A stretch of 64,000 nt of DNA from Lingula anatina (lineage: Eukaryota > Animalia > Brachiopoda). The notes below the pieces were generated by a model. It did not search any database. It saw only the letters and a program-made list of their open reading frames with translations, and was not told the DNA's origin. The stretch is taken from the NCBI GenBank assembly GCA_051362555.1, contig CM120642.1, forward strand, positions 29,326,001-29,390,000. The letters run 5' to 3'. Below are positions 13,259-24,534 of this stretch, piece after piece. Made by a program: the position numbers and the translations under genes. Positions within the stretch are counted from its first letter, which is position 1, and each line of letters opens with the position of its first letter.

Positions 13259-13382
13259 TTAGTAACTGGCTCGCGCTGCCAGTAATTACGCCGCAGGATA
13301 TTCAGGGCACAGACCGTGATCATAAGACATATCGCGAATAGAAAATAGAATTTAGAAAATAGACTTTGCATGTGAATGAAGC

Positions 13383-13770
13383 CTAAGGGCCAGGGCATTT
13401 TCTTTTGGTGCTTTTTGGGTTTCAAGTAATTGTTAACTGCCTTTCACTTTGAGTAGAACAAAGAGTATTTCTATAGTAATACTGTACGTAGTATATATCT
13501 TCACCCCTTTCAGTGTTTATATGATAATTAACATTAAACTTATCTTTATCATACAAATTATATTTTTTTCAAGATTACTGATATAAATTACTGTAAAAAT
13601 GATGTGCGCTATTGTCCAATATGATTTTTTTTCAACTCTCATATGGTACATTGGTGACCTGTCAATCAGCAAACTTAAAGAATTCAGAATGAACCACAAT
13701 GATTATATCACACTTTTTCAGTTATATTTTTAGACTGAAATATGGCTAGGATATATAAATCCTGTTCACT
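13383..13770 (+). pseudogene. Duplicated remnant of ANAPC10 intron 2 fused to downstream flank; exon 3 deleted
   Basis: 13383-13728 aligns to ~1989-2276, then jumps to the homologue of ~2836 onward (AGACTGAAATATGGCTAGGATAT). Confidence 0.85.
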
Positions 13771-14001
13771 GGTAACAGAAATGGACATACATGTATTTAA
13801 TTTACTGTCTCTCAGTACATACTCTTCCCTATCCAGGTCATCATGGTACCCGATATCAATCCTCACATGATCACTGTGACATTGTGAGTGACAAAATTTA
13901 TTGTGTCAATATAAAGAGTATTTGGTTCATGATAGCAGTCCATATCTTGAATATTTTGTCATGCTGTGTATATACATACCAAGATGGGTGTCATGCTCAT
14001 T

Positions 14002-17000
14002 TTATCTTGCCAACCCATGTATGTACCAAGACAGGCACAGGTTGATGAAGAACCATATTGATGTGTGTATGGAACCTGCAACACTTGTGACAGGAGTTGT
14101 ACTGGGAACCTCAGGGGTCAAGGTCGAGGTCAAGGTCACAGGGGACAGTATGGAGGTATCGTTCACCTGGATTCTCCACACATGAAAATTGGTACCATTC
14201 ACACCTGAAAAGTCCATCTTGTTTGTCAGAAATTTGTGACTTGCAGCCGCTACGAACCAGAGATATCCGTCATCAGTAAGCACCATGGCATTGACCCACT
14301 GCATTCTTTGGTTGTCACTGGCTACTTTAAACTGGGTTGCTAAGGTGACATTCTCCGGGTTGCCTTGCACAAAAACATCATTGCTTCTCTCCCATTTATA
14401 GACAGCATTCAGGCTAAGTGCTCCGTAGTACAGGCTGTTTTTACCCATGGCCATACCATCAGTTTGAGATACTTTCCTTCCGACGGTCTGGACATTGACT
14501 GTGCTGGCTTTCAGTGGGTCTCGAGCCTCCTCTGTACTTATAGAATAAAGATTGTAGCCACTCAGGGGGCAGTAGTACAAAGTGGTGAAGTCAGGAGACA
14601 GTGCTATGCCATTAGTGGGTATTTTGAGTATTGTAACTTGGCCATTTATTGTAATTGCAGAAGCGTTGTCTACTGCCCACATGGATTCATGGTTAATACG
14701 ATGGGTTGTATTGGTGTTGTAATTGTAGACAATAATGCCTCCTTTTCTCTCATTACCGCTGTCAGTGATGTAAGCAAAGCCAGATCTGAAACAGAAGAAA
14801 AAATATACAGAAATAATTAGGCATACAGTAATTGGTTGCCTGCATTTTCAACATGTTTCCATAATAAGCGTATATTTTGATACTATACACAGTGGAAAAA
14901 AAAATATGATTAAAACATACTGACATAGGTATAATAGTGTTGCAGATGGTAATACAAATTTATTGTTTGTCAATGAATTTAAAAGTAAAGTTTAAATGAA
15001 ATGTTTATGAAGAAAGTTGAATTAATAAATGAAAAAGTTCTAAAAAAAATTGTTCAATATATGACTGCTAGGAAAACAACACATTCCAGTGCATACTTAT
15101 CAACCACAATATCATTGAGGAAGTTATTAGTCCTGCTGACAATGTTCTCTGGAAATTCGTATTGCCTGACAAGGATGTCCCTGTTCATGTCATAGATCCA
15201 CAGCTTGGCTGGACACATGTTCTGAACCTGGGTACCTGGAGAGAGAGACAGGCAGAAAAATATAGAACAAGTTGCTAGTTAAGAGAGACAGAAAACAATA
15301 TGTATTGAGCACACCTTTTATGGGGGCCGGGAAAGGGGCATTTACTGGGCTGTAGCAATAGTCCGAAGGTTCAATAGTCCGAAAGTTCATTGGTCCGAAT
15401 ATTCACTATAGAACCTTCGGACCAATGAACCCTTGATTAAAAAATCGATGAAAATGTTACCACTTTTCGGACCAATGAACCTTCAGACCAATTAACCTTT
15501 GGACTATCGAGATGCCCCCGCATTTACTATCTATTAGTAAGTGGTGACATTAGTACATATGTATATGCACACAATATATCCATTTACATATCATATGGCA
15601 CTAGTTCCAAAGTCTACTAGAAAAACAATTGTTTTTCTTTTTAATTAAAATTGTCTTCATAAAGTAAAATAAATTACTACTGGTGCAGTATATATATATA
15701 TATACTTTATTTGCCTGTTATTATAATGCCACTCAACTTGTAGTATATTAGAATTTTTAAAAGACAGCATGCATTCTTTATAACAATTACAATGCTATGT
15801 GTCTCATATATAGTTTTTTCCAAACAGTAACAAGCAAGCCAAAAAGTAACAAACAGCACATGCATATAAAGCGGACCCCTGACACCCTACCTTCACTCCC
15901 GACTTTTAAAAAAGGAATTATAAATATAAGGAATTAATTCCCAGTGTTACCTGGAGGTGGAATGGTGTTAATGCGCCCTGTATCTATAATCCACATCCAG
16001 CCAGTGACTGGGTCTATCTCCATTTGTTGGACATACTGGAGGGCTGAACAGTTGTAGATCTCATTCTGAGCCCAGCTTGGGTAGGGCTGAAACACTGACC
16101 TGCCATCCATGGTCACCAGCTAGCACAGGAAGTAAACGTGGGAAGAGGAAAAGTACATTGAATGATTTCTTATACGGTCAAGTTGTTATAAATGTGATTC
16201 CATGACTTTGTCCAGGTTCACCCTCTAACCCCCCCCCCCCCCCCAGCCCCCAACACACACACACCTTCAAATCCATTGAAGTTGTTTGAACAGTTATGGA
16301 TTAGACATATGAGAGAGTAACATCAACTGCAAAATTTTGTTTTTGCCTTAAAAAGTAGTTATAAATGTGGTCCCATGACTTTGTCCATGTTTTCCAAGCC
16401 CCCCTTCCCCCCCCCCCCAACCCCCACTACCCACAAGTTCATTCCAGATATATATGTTTCAATACACATATGATGGTAACATATTCATATGATGGCAGTC
16501 AATGACAAAAAACTCTTTGTTTTCCATCAAAATATCTCCATTCATTTAATTGATATTATAATTTCGATTAATAAAAAAATATTTTGAGCTTGAATCTACT
16601 GGCCATGGCAGATATATTGCCAGAAAAAAAATAGAGTGCACGATGTAATAATTATTATAAAACATTAAAGTAAATTTAAGTTGTCATACTTTTAAATGAT
16701 ACCCACCTTGTTCAGGGAGGAAGGCACTCCAAGCTTCCAACGGGGGATAGTGATATAAATCTCACCTAGTTGAGTAAATGAATATATTATGAGACTCGGT
16801 GTAAAATTAAGTTATTATCTCCCTGACTAACGGATAACAAATGAATAATTTGATATGTAAAACAATATTAATTAATATAGATTTATTATGAAAAAGGGGA
16901 CTTATTCTGAGAAAGGTCATGTACTATGAAGCAATGAATTTCAAATAAATCTACAGCAAAAGTCTTCTATTTTCAGTCCCGAGTCTTAACTTAATTGTTT

Positions 17001-17782
17001 TTAACAAAATATAGTTTTAAGAAATGTAAGGTTAAAGTTAATAAGTTCAATCTGTCCACACACAAAGGGTTTAAGTAACTGGCTGCATTCAGCACAGGGG
17101 ACTGACTAGTCCACGGGTCAAATATGGCCGACCCACTTGAATACTTTCCCAGGGAGAATCTATTCAGTGTCTATAAGCAAGCTTCTAAGTTGGTCGCCAT
17201 CTTTGGCCTGTGGACTAGTAAGTCTGCTAGCTGTTCTGATTTCAGCCATTATTATCAGTTGCTTTATTTGTGATGCTCATATGCCTACAAGGCACTAGTA
17301 TGAATAGTGCTCCAGGTAAAAAAAAACATCAGTATATGGCTGTTCCACAATATTCCTCCTATGAGTAGAGGGTTTTCAAACTGTAATTATAAATTAACTT
17401 GAATGCTCAAACTAAATTCTCAAATCTTTAATGAAACATTTTGAAATAGTATAATGTTACATGACTAGATAATAGTATTGTTTTGTCACAAGAAGAGTTA
17501 AAGAAAACTCTTGACAGATTTTAATCAATTTAAGCTTTTGTCCAAACAAACTCACTAATCTTGCTTCCCCTTCGGACCATCTTTACCTTTATAGAATTTG
17601 ATTCCTGATATGGAATTGTGTTCTGGTATGAATTCTTCACTGGCCAATGCAGCTGCTCTGGTGGTATTACTAGGCCAGTCATAGTCTATAGTCACCCAGC
17701 TATACACTAGCTCTGCCAAAGTGTTACCCTCACACGGAAAAACAGACATATAAAATAACACAAGAAAATAAAATAGTGTCAT
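14002..17782 (-). CDS. yellow / major royal jelly protein family, copy 2, 448 aa; exons 17782-17587, 16765-16707, 16119-15951, 15235-15097, 14785-14002
   Basis: Exons 1-4 have the same sizes as copy 1 (196, 59, 169, 139 nt). The AYITDS..GGIIVY motif is intact, and the other yellow/MRJP motifs are shared. Confidence 0.95.
15347..15519. mobile_element. 173-bp MITE with 9-bp TSD (Mutator-like)
   Basis: Flanked by the direct repeat GCATTTACT (15338-46, 15520-28). Inverted arrays of ~15-bp GGTTCAATAGTCCGAA units. A related fragment lies near 45980-46030. Confidence 0.8.
17081..17247. mobile_element. MITE (PIF/Harbinger-like family B) in yellow copy 2 intron 1
   Basis: GGCTG..ACTAGTCCAC / GTGGACTAGT..CAGCC inverted repeat. 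The site is empty in copy 1 (~9325). Confidence 0.75.
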
Positions 17783-20371
17783 CTTCAGCAGCACAATTCA
17801 AAGAAATTCACCTTTTTGGAACTCAAAAGTTAGCCAATTTCCCATTCAACAGGTAACCAGAGGCCCAGGTAATAAATTCGATCTGTGCCCTGGGAACACC
17901 TTTAACCCAATTATACCTTCGCTGTTATGTGCTGCTTAGCATGCTCATTGGATACGTGGAACCCCCGCCCGAGTACCTGTCCCTTTGTTATAATTGTTAG
18001 GCTATACAGGTGCCATAATGCACTAAATTTAGTTCGGCTTCAAAGGAATATGCTTGGATAGAATTAAAAAAAAAAGAGAAAAAAATGTTCTCAGGGTATT
18101 CATTATAGAATTTTTAAGACTACACTTATATTCTGTGTCACAAAAAAAAAAAAGAAAAAAAATGAAAAGAAAAGAAGAATAAAAAACTTGAACAAATGAG
18201 AACTGGTCAAAATTAAGTATCAGGTTAAAAAAAATTGTTTACTTTTATCAAAAAGTAATACAAAAGTAATCCACTTTTATGAGAATATTGTCCTGGCGTA
18301 AACCAAGGTGAAAAATGACACGGCTTACACAAAAAATGTGCTCTGTTAGTTGTGTACACCACTATGGATTTATCCTATGGCGTGGGCCTAAATTTTCAGT
18401 CATTTTGCCACTCACCTATGAAGTAAGGACCAACTAAATTGACTGAGTGTTTTTGTGAAATTGAACTCAAGATTAGTCTGCCCATCTAACAGTGTAGCAT
18501 GGCTGCTAAATTTCCATTTGTCATAAAATATTTCGCCTTTGAGCATAACGAACAGTGCTAAAGGTGGAATCCTTTTCACATCCCTATTGTTATTCAACTT
18601 TGGAGTTGGATGGTCCATAACGATTGTGGTTTTTAGTACAACATTATGCATATGAAATGGCTTTCATCTTTTGTTGAGGAACAACTCTTTCTGTCATCAT
18701 CTGAGAACTGCACTCGTATTATGTATATGCAGGACTTGAAAATGAAGGCATATTTGCATTTTTTTTTTATTTTTGTCAAGTATTAGGGTGTTTGATCCAA
18801 CTTCAAATCCATTTTATGTACACTTACTGAGTAAAAAACTTAACTGAACATGGAAAACCAAAGTTTAACATCACACAGAGTGTTACTGTCAGTTCGAAGG
18901 TACCCCTCCTCCTTAATAAAAAGAGAACTTTAGACAAAATTAACTTGGCAAATGCAACTTTTGATGTATATTCTGTTGTTGCATAAATTTATGCAGACTT
19001 TACTCAAACTAATAACAAGGTATTCTGGGGAGTGGAGGTAAAATAAAAAAAGTAACATTTATGTAAGCCAAGCTTCACGTAATTTCAGCCAAAGCATTTA
19101 CTATTATCTTGTATGTATCATTTTTCTTGAACATTTGTGACACAGTGAAGATACCAAGTACTTGTCAAAAACATTTATAATACTTTTATTTCTTTCAACT
19201 TCTTGAATACAAAACAAAATTGTATAATAAATTTTATACATACCCAATGGTTTGTCTAATAATATTATAGTTATGAACAAAAAAAATGCCTATGATAGCA
19301 ACAGAAGTCTGAGGTAATCTCTTTGTTGTTTCTAAACCACATCCATGCAGTCACATGCAATGATCCCCAGTATTCAACACTCACAGTAGTACATAAATCG
19401 AACAGGACTGTACAATTAACCACTACATGTAAAATGTACACTATTGAAAAACATTCTCATTCAAGAGACAAATTCCTTTGGTTGTGACCTGTACATTTCA
19501 TTATAACATGAGAATTGTTTTGTTCGCTTATCACATTGCTCCCAAATGGAACTAAACTACAGCAACAGCATGGACCACTGCTGGTCTAGATCTATGTATT
19601 TACTGTTGATGTTAAGATTTAAAATAAATAAAAAATTAGTTAATTAATTAATTAATTAATTTAAAAAAATTACCCCAGTGCAAGGTAAATTTGAGCATAT
19701 TTTTGGCCACTTGGTAAAAACATTAAGATTATTATTTTTTTGTAACACCTGGACCCAAATGTCCCATAAGTTGTTTTAAAACTGTTCACACTTTATGTAG
19801 ATGGTGTTTACAAAGTGTAACTAAAACAATAATGGCATTCAGTTACCTTGGTTATTTGTCTTTCACTATTTAGACAAACTAGAAAAACGCCAGCCTTTAT
19901 CTGCTTATTGATAATACTGATGACAAAATGGTAAATACTTGTACTATAACCAAAATTTTGTTGAGAAAACATTTTTCTTAGGGTTATGTGTTAGTATTTC
20001 TATAAATCTTACATATATTCTTTCTGACACCCAAATAAGAACTTTGAAATTTAAATATTTTTCGTTTTTAGAACTTGGTAACTATAACATCCCTTATCCA
20101 CAAAACCCTAACTAGTACTTTTTATTATTTAAATATAAACATTAATTTAATTATTCTGAGCATTCTGAAAAGAAAGCCAAAAACGAGTCATCACACTTTA
20201 TCAGCACTTGCAGACACATGAAATCATAAGTTTCTGAGATGGTCACAATCACAAATCTCTCAAAAACTGACCTGCTGGGCTATCAAATCTTATAAGAACA
20301 CAATTAAAACTGTGGCACGCATGCTTTTTGTTCATTACAAATGTTTGATGTAAACTGATACAAAGACTAAA

Positions 20372-22132
20372 ACTAGAGGATCAGAGAGGCGATACCGCCT
20401 CTGGATATTGTACCACCAGCTGGAGTAAGCTCATTCGTACGGAAAACCGAAAAAAAAGGGACACCACTACCAGTCTTGTGCTTGACAAGCTCCATAAAAT
20501 GCAATAAACAAGAATTCTCAAAATATCCAAAAAAAAAAAAGAAAAAAGAAAAAAAAAACATAACTGTAAAAATGGTCCTATCAATTTTCGAATTGACCTG
20601 TATTTTCCTCACATTGATCACTCCTGTGATTTTCTAGACAAAAGGCCATATTTGCTGATAAAAAAGAAAACCAAGGGGCAACACTGGGCATATCTCTGCT
20701 AGTTTTGAAGATATGAGGGGCAAGAAAATATGCAAAGTTTAGTTCATGGTGAAAAAGTAGGTCAAAGGTCAATTTCAAGGCCACACTATAAGACTTCCTA
20801 TTCAAGTTCAATAGTAACTATGGGCATTTCTTTGCCAATTTTGGAGATATAAAGGCCAGAAAACATGCAAAATACAGTTCATCATAAAAAGTAAGTCAAA
20901 GGTCAATTTCAAGGCCACAGTTAGATTGCCAGTATATGCTTTCCTATTTAAGTTCAATACCAACTATGAGCCTACCTCTGGCAGTTTTCTGAGATATAAG
21001 GGTGACAAAATTTGCAAGGTTCAATTCATGGTGAAAAGTAGGTCAAAGGTCAATTTCAAGGTCACATTTAGATTGCCAGTATATGACTTCCTATTTAAGT
21101 TCAATAGTAACTATGGACCTATCTCTGCCAGTTTTGGAGATTAAAGGGAACAAAAATTGGCAAAGTTCAATTCATGGTGAAAAGTAGGTCAAAGGTCAAT
21201 TTTCAAGTTCAACAGTTCAGTTCAACAGTAACTATGGGCGTATCTCTGATAGTTTTAGAGATATAAGGTCTGGAAAATTTGCAAAGTTTAGTTCATGGTG
21301 AAAATTAGGTCAAAGGTCAATTTCAGGATCACAGTAAATTGCCAGTATATGACTTCCTATTCAAGTTCAATAGTATCTACGGGCGAATCTTTGCCAGTTT
21401 TGGAGATATAAAGATCAGAAAACTTGCAAAGTGCAGTTCATGGTGAAAAGTAGGTCAAAGGTCAATTTCAAGGTCACAGTCAGATTACCAGTATATGACT
21501 TCCTATTCAAGTTCAATAGTAACTATGGGTGTATCTCAGCTAATTTTGGAGTATTTCACATTTTATTTTCACCAATGAATATCGGATACTGAACTTTTTG
21601 ATATAATGTAACGCCTAAGCCGAATCGAAAAAGGAAAAATGGATACCACCTTCTGTGTTGCACTTGATAAGCTCTACAAAATGCAAAAAACAAGAGGTCT
21701 CTAGCATTAACGGTTCCAGAATTAGAGAAAGTTTTCAGTTTCGGCATCTAATGGCCACTACTCCCATGAAAATGCACCGATTGACCCCAAACTCAAAAAG
21801 ATGAAAGATGACCCAAAGGGTAACAACTACCCATTATATTATAGGTTAGATCTGTGTAGTTTCTGAAAATCAGCAGAAATAAAAAAATTTTCGCAAAAAA
21901 TTAAGATTTTTAGAAAATTTTGGCCCGTTTGACCTTGAAATAAAGGTCAAAAGTCAAATCCAAGGGCATATTTGGAATCTTCACATATGACTTTCGGTCA
22001 GACTTCTGTAGTAATTTTTTCCCATAATTCCTTCGATTTGGGAGATATTTAGCATTGAATTTTCAAAAATTTTGACAAGGGTGTGTTTCAACGAGTGTCA
22101 TGCCGAGGCCAATGCACTGACTGAGACAAAAA
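20372..22132. mobile_element. HINE-like element with ~145-bp tandem array
   Basis: It starts ACTAGA with the hairpin AGAGGCG-ATAC-CGCCTCT. About six tandem units span 20690-21555, with AGGTCAAAGGTCA cores spaced 121-146 bp. There is an internal repeat at 20459-20520 / 21641-21703, and it ends in an A-run. Confidence 0.7.
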
Positions 22133-22140
22133 GAACAAGG

Positions 22141-22362
22141 GGTTCAAGTTGAGGTTATATGTGACCTAAATCCAAGAGATGGGGACATGGGTCCTTGCAG
22201 TCTAGGAGGAGAAGCGGTAACGGTGACTTGTATCCGGCGCCAGTACGCGGAGCCGTACGAGACGGGTCGGGACTAAAACCATGAGTACCGCCAGCGTACA
22301 CGCTGGTGGTACTAATAACCAGAATATTTAAATCTGCCTTCAGCCTTATTTTAACTTGAACC
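22141..22362. mobile_element. Probable MITE with GC-rich core
   Basis: Terminal inverted repeat GGTTCAAGTT / AACTTGAACC. Confidence 0.45.
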
Positions 22363-22464
22363 ATTCTAAGAGTGCGTTCAGAACAGATGATCGCAGACTA
22401 ACTGATCCACTGACCAAATATGGCCGACCCCAATAAAAAGCTATGTTAACACTGTGCAAACTAA

Positions 22465-22666
22465 GGCTGTGTTCACAATCAGTTGATCCACAGACTAACT
22501 AGTCACCGGATCATATATGGCACGACGCACTTGAAAGTGTGCCAAGTTTTAAATGCTCTGCCCCTGCTTGAACAGCACTCATAGAAGGCAGAATCCACTG
22601 TCAAGTGGGCCTCACATTTGATCATGGACTAGTTAGTCTGAGGATCAACAGGTTCTGCATGTGCCC
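22465..22666. mobile_element. MITE (family B related)
   Basis: TTGATCCACAGACTAACTAGTC / GACTAGTTAGTCTGAGGATCAA inverted repeat. A truncated copy precedes it at 22370-22430. Confidence 0.65.
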
Positions 22667-23124
22667 TTACAAGCCCCCTCCTGGGAATTCGCTTGAGAGA
22701 CAATATATTCCCATCAAATCAATGGAGTCTTTACACTAGGCTGTACATCTTTCCAAAAAAAATTTTACGTTTGAATGGGAGCCATGGCTTCAACACCAGC
22801 AGAAAAATTAGCCCTTGTAGCAGGAGAACCTGCAAAACAGAGATAACATGCAGGTTCCATGGTAACACAGAACATTTTGTCAGGTAAATCTTGAAGTCCT
22901 ATTGTGTATCCACAAACAAATGAACAGACCTTTTCAGCATTACCTTTCGCTAACATCTCTCATCAACTCTTACAATGAGAGGGGTTGGGATAAAATAAAA
23001 AATATCACATGCACAAGTCATTTCCTCACACACCAGGGACATAAAAAATGCATGCACAGTTAACATAGACCAAAACAAAATATCGAAACATATTCTTGAA
23101 TTTAAAGATAAGACATTTCATCCA

Positions 23125-24534
23125 CTACACAACATTTACATTGTTTGATATTTTTACATTTTCAGGCTTTTTCATACTTTTTGACACATCTTTTTCAACT
23201 ATATGAAAACTCCCTTGATTTGTGACTGCAGCCATTATGACTGCTATATTTTCAATTATAACAAAAAAAGGTATTAACAACAAAGGTGACAGTAGAAGGC
23301 AAATATAGCGGAAATATCCCAGTCTGGCATAGCTGAATGATTTTAGACTACCAAATATATATAAAAAGATATACACTGAATTCAACCCCAATAAAAAATC
23401 AAGCCACTGGGGCGTAGGGATAGGAGTTAGTGCGGTGAAGATTCCGTTCACAGTTGAAAGAGGAAAAAGGGCCCATCCCACAATGATGAAAAGTAATCCC
23501 CACTTTTGTCTCCTGGGAATCTGACCACTGACAAAAACTCTGACAATTCCCTGCACCCATCGAGAACGCTGCTTTAGCCAGTCATAGAAACTGAAAGGCG
23601 ATTTTTCCCACATGTCTCCATCTATCCAACCGAAGGAGTAGCCGTCCTCTATCCCCTTCATGGCAAAGAAACAGTCCTCTGCTATGCTGCCCTCTGGGCC
23701 AAAGTCAAAGGTAATTTTCCGTTCCACTCCCGCATTGACCACAACATATGAACCTTTCAGGCCTACATATGGCCTGTGAAAATAATTAAACATGAAACGA
23801 TTTTGTCCATAGTCTATTCCAACTCGAACCAAATCTCCCAAGGTGGGTATCCAAGCAACTATATCCTCATTTGCATATGTAATAACTCCTTGACCAAATT
23901 GATGGGTGCCCTCGTTGACAAAGTTAAGGATACCAATAACAGAGTCTCTGGTCAACAAAGTTTCCTCGTCCAAGTGGACTATCCAGTCTTCGTCACTTAT
24001 ATAGTTCACTCCGTCTTCCAGACAATACTGTAAGGCCCGTGCTTTATACATTGACCCTTTTTTGGTTTTATAAGTCATAGGAACAAGAATTTCACGAACA
24101 TGATTCTGCTTCGGGATATCAATTTGTCGATCTGTGACAACTTCAAATATGTAATTCTCAAGACCAACTTCACTGCAAATTTTATGGTTCCTCTCAACAT
24201 TTTTCTTTACCAGGTCTGGAAACAATCCCCTCGTCACCACACGAAAGCACACAAAAGGTGCGAGCATTGGTGAGCTCTTCAATGTTGGCTTGTCTGGGAA
24301 AGCGTTCCAAAATAACAGTCCCAAAAAATTACAAATGCTCAGTGGAACAGTACCCAGTACTAAGATCCTAATTGTGTACAATATAACTGTCATTGTATAT
24401 CCATATTTTGCTACAGGGTCAATCCCAGCTCCCGGGGGAGGGAAGACACGAATGCCCCCTGCAAGCATCTGACTGACTAAAAAATGGATGGAAAATATAA
24501 CAACCAGTATAGCGTGCTTCACTTTGCTATTCAT
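23125..24534 (-). CDS. egh: Beta-1,4-mannosyltransferase egghead/bre-3 family (GT2), 469 aa, single coding exon
   Basis: Motifs RVVTRG, KARALQY, WIVHLDEET, FGQG.ITY, KGSY, AED and QRSRW (QxxRW), with N- and C-terminal TM helices. It is colinear with the recalled Drosophila Egh sequence. Confidence 0.95.
   Translation of the reverse strand: MNSKVKHAILVVIFSIHFLVSQMLAGGIRVFPPPGAGIDPVAKYGYTMTVILYTIRILVLGTVPLSICNFLGLLFWNAFPDKPTLKSSPMLAPFVCFRVVTRGLFPDLVKKNVERNHKICSEVGLENYIFEVVTDRQIDIPKQNHVREILVPMTYKTKKGSMYKARALQYCLEDGVNYISDEDWIVHLDEETLLTRDSVIGILNFVNEGTHQFGQGVITYANEDIVAWIPTLGDLVRVGIDYGQNRFMFNYFHRPYVGLKGSYVVVNAGVERKITFDFGPEGSIAEDCFFAMKGIEDGYSFGWIDGDMWEKSPFSFYDWLKQRSRWVQGIVRVFVSGQIPRRQKWGLLFIIVGWALFPLSTVNGIFTALTPIPTPQWLDFLLGLNSVYIFLYIFGSLKSFSYARLGYFRYICLLLSPLLLIPFFVIIENIAVIMAAVTNQGSFHIVEKDVSKSMKKPENVKISNNVNVV

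Noticed and set aside
12803-13425. Repetitive ORFs (VGPTLGQ.. and WPNVGPT..), also at 9851-10213
   Set aside because: They are translations of the subterminal repeats of the EnSpm-like element.
18412-18737. 79-aa minus-strand ORF ending at a good GTGAG donor
   Set aside because: No recognisable domain, an in-frame stop shortly upstream, and no partner exon found. It could be a non-coding exon or a decayed repeat.
22693-22956. Short ORFs downstream of egh
   Set aside because: No motifs or supporting splice sites; most likely 3' UTR.
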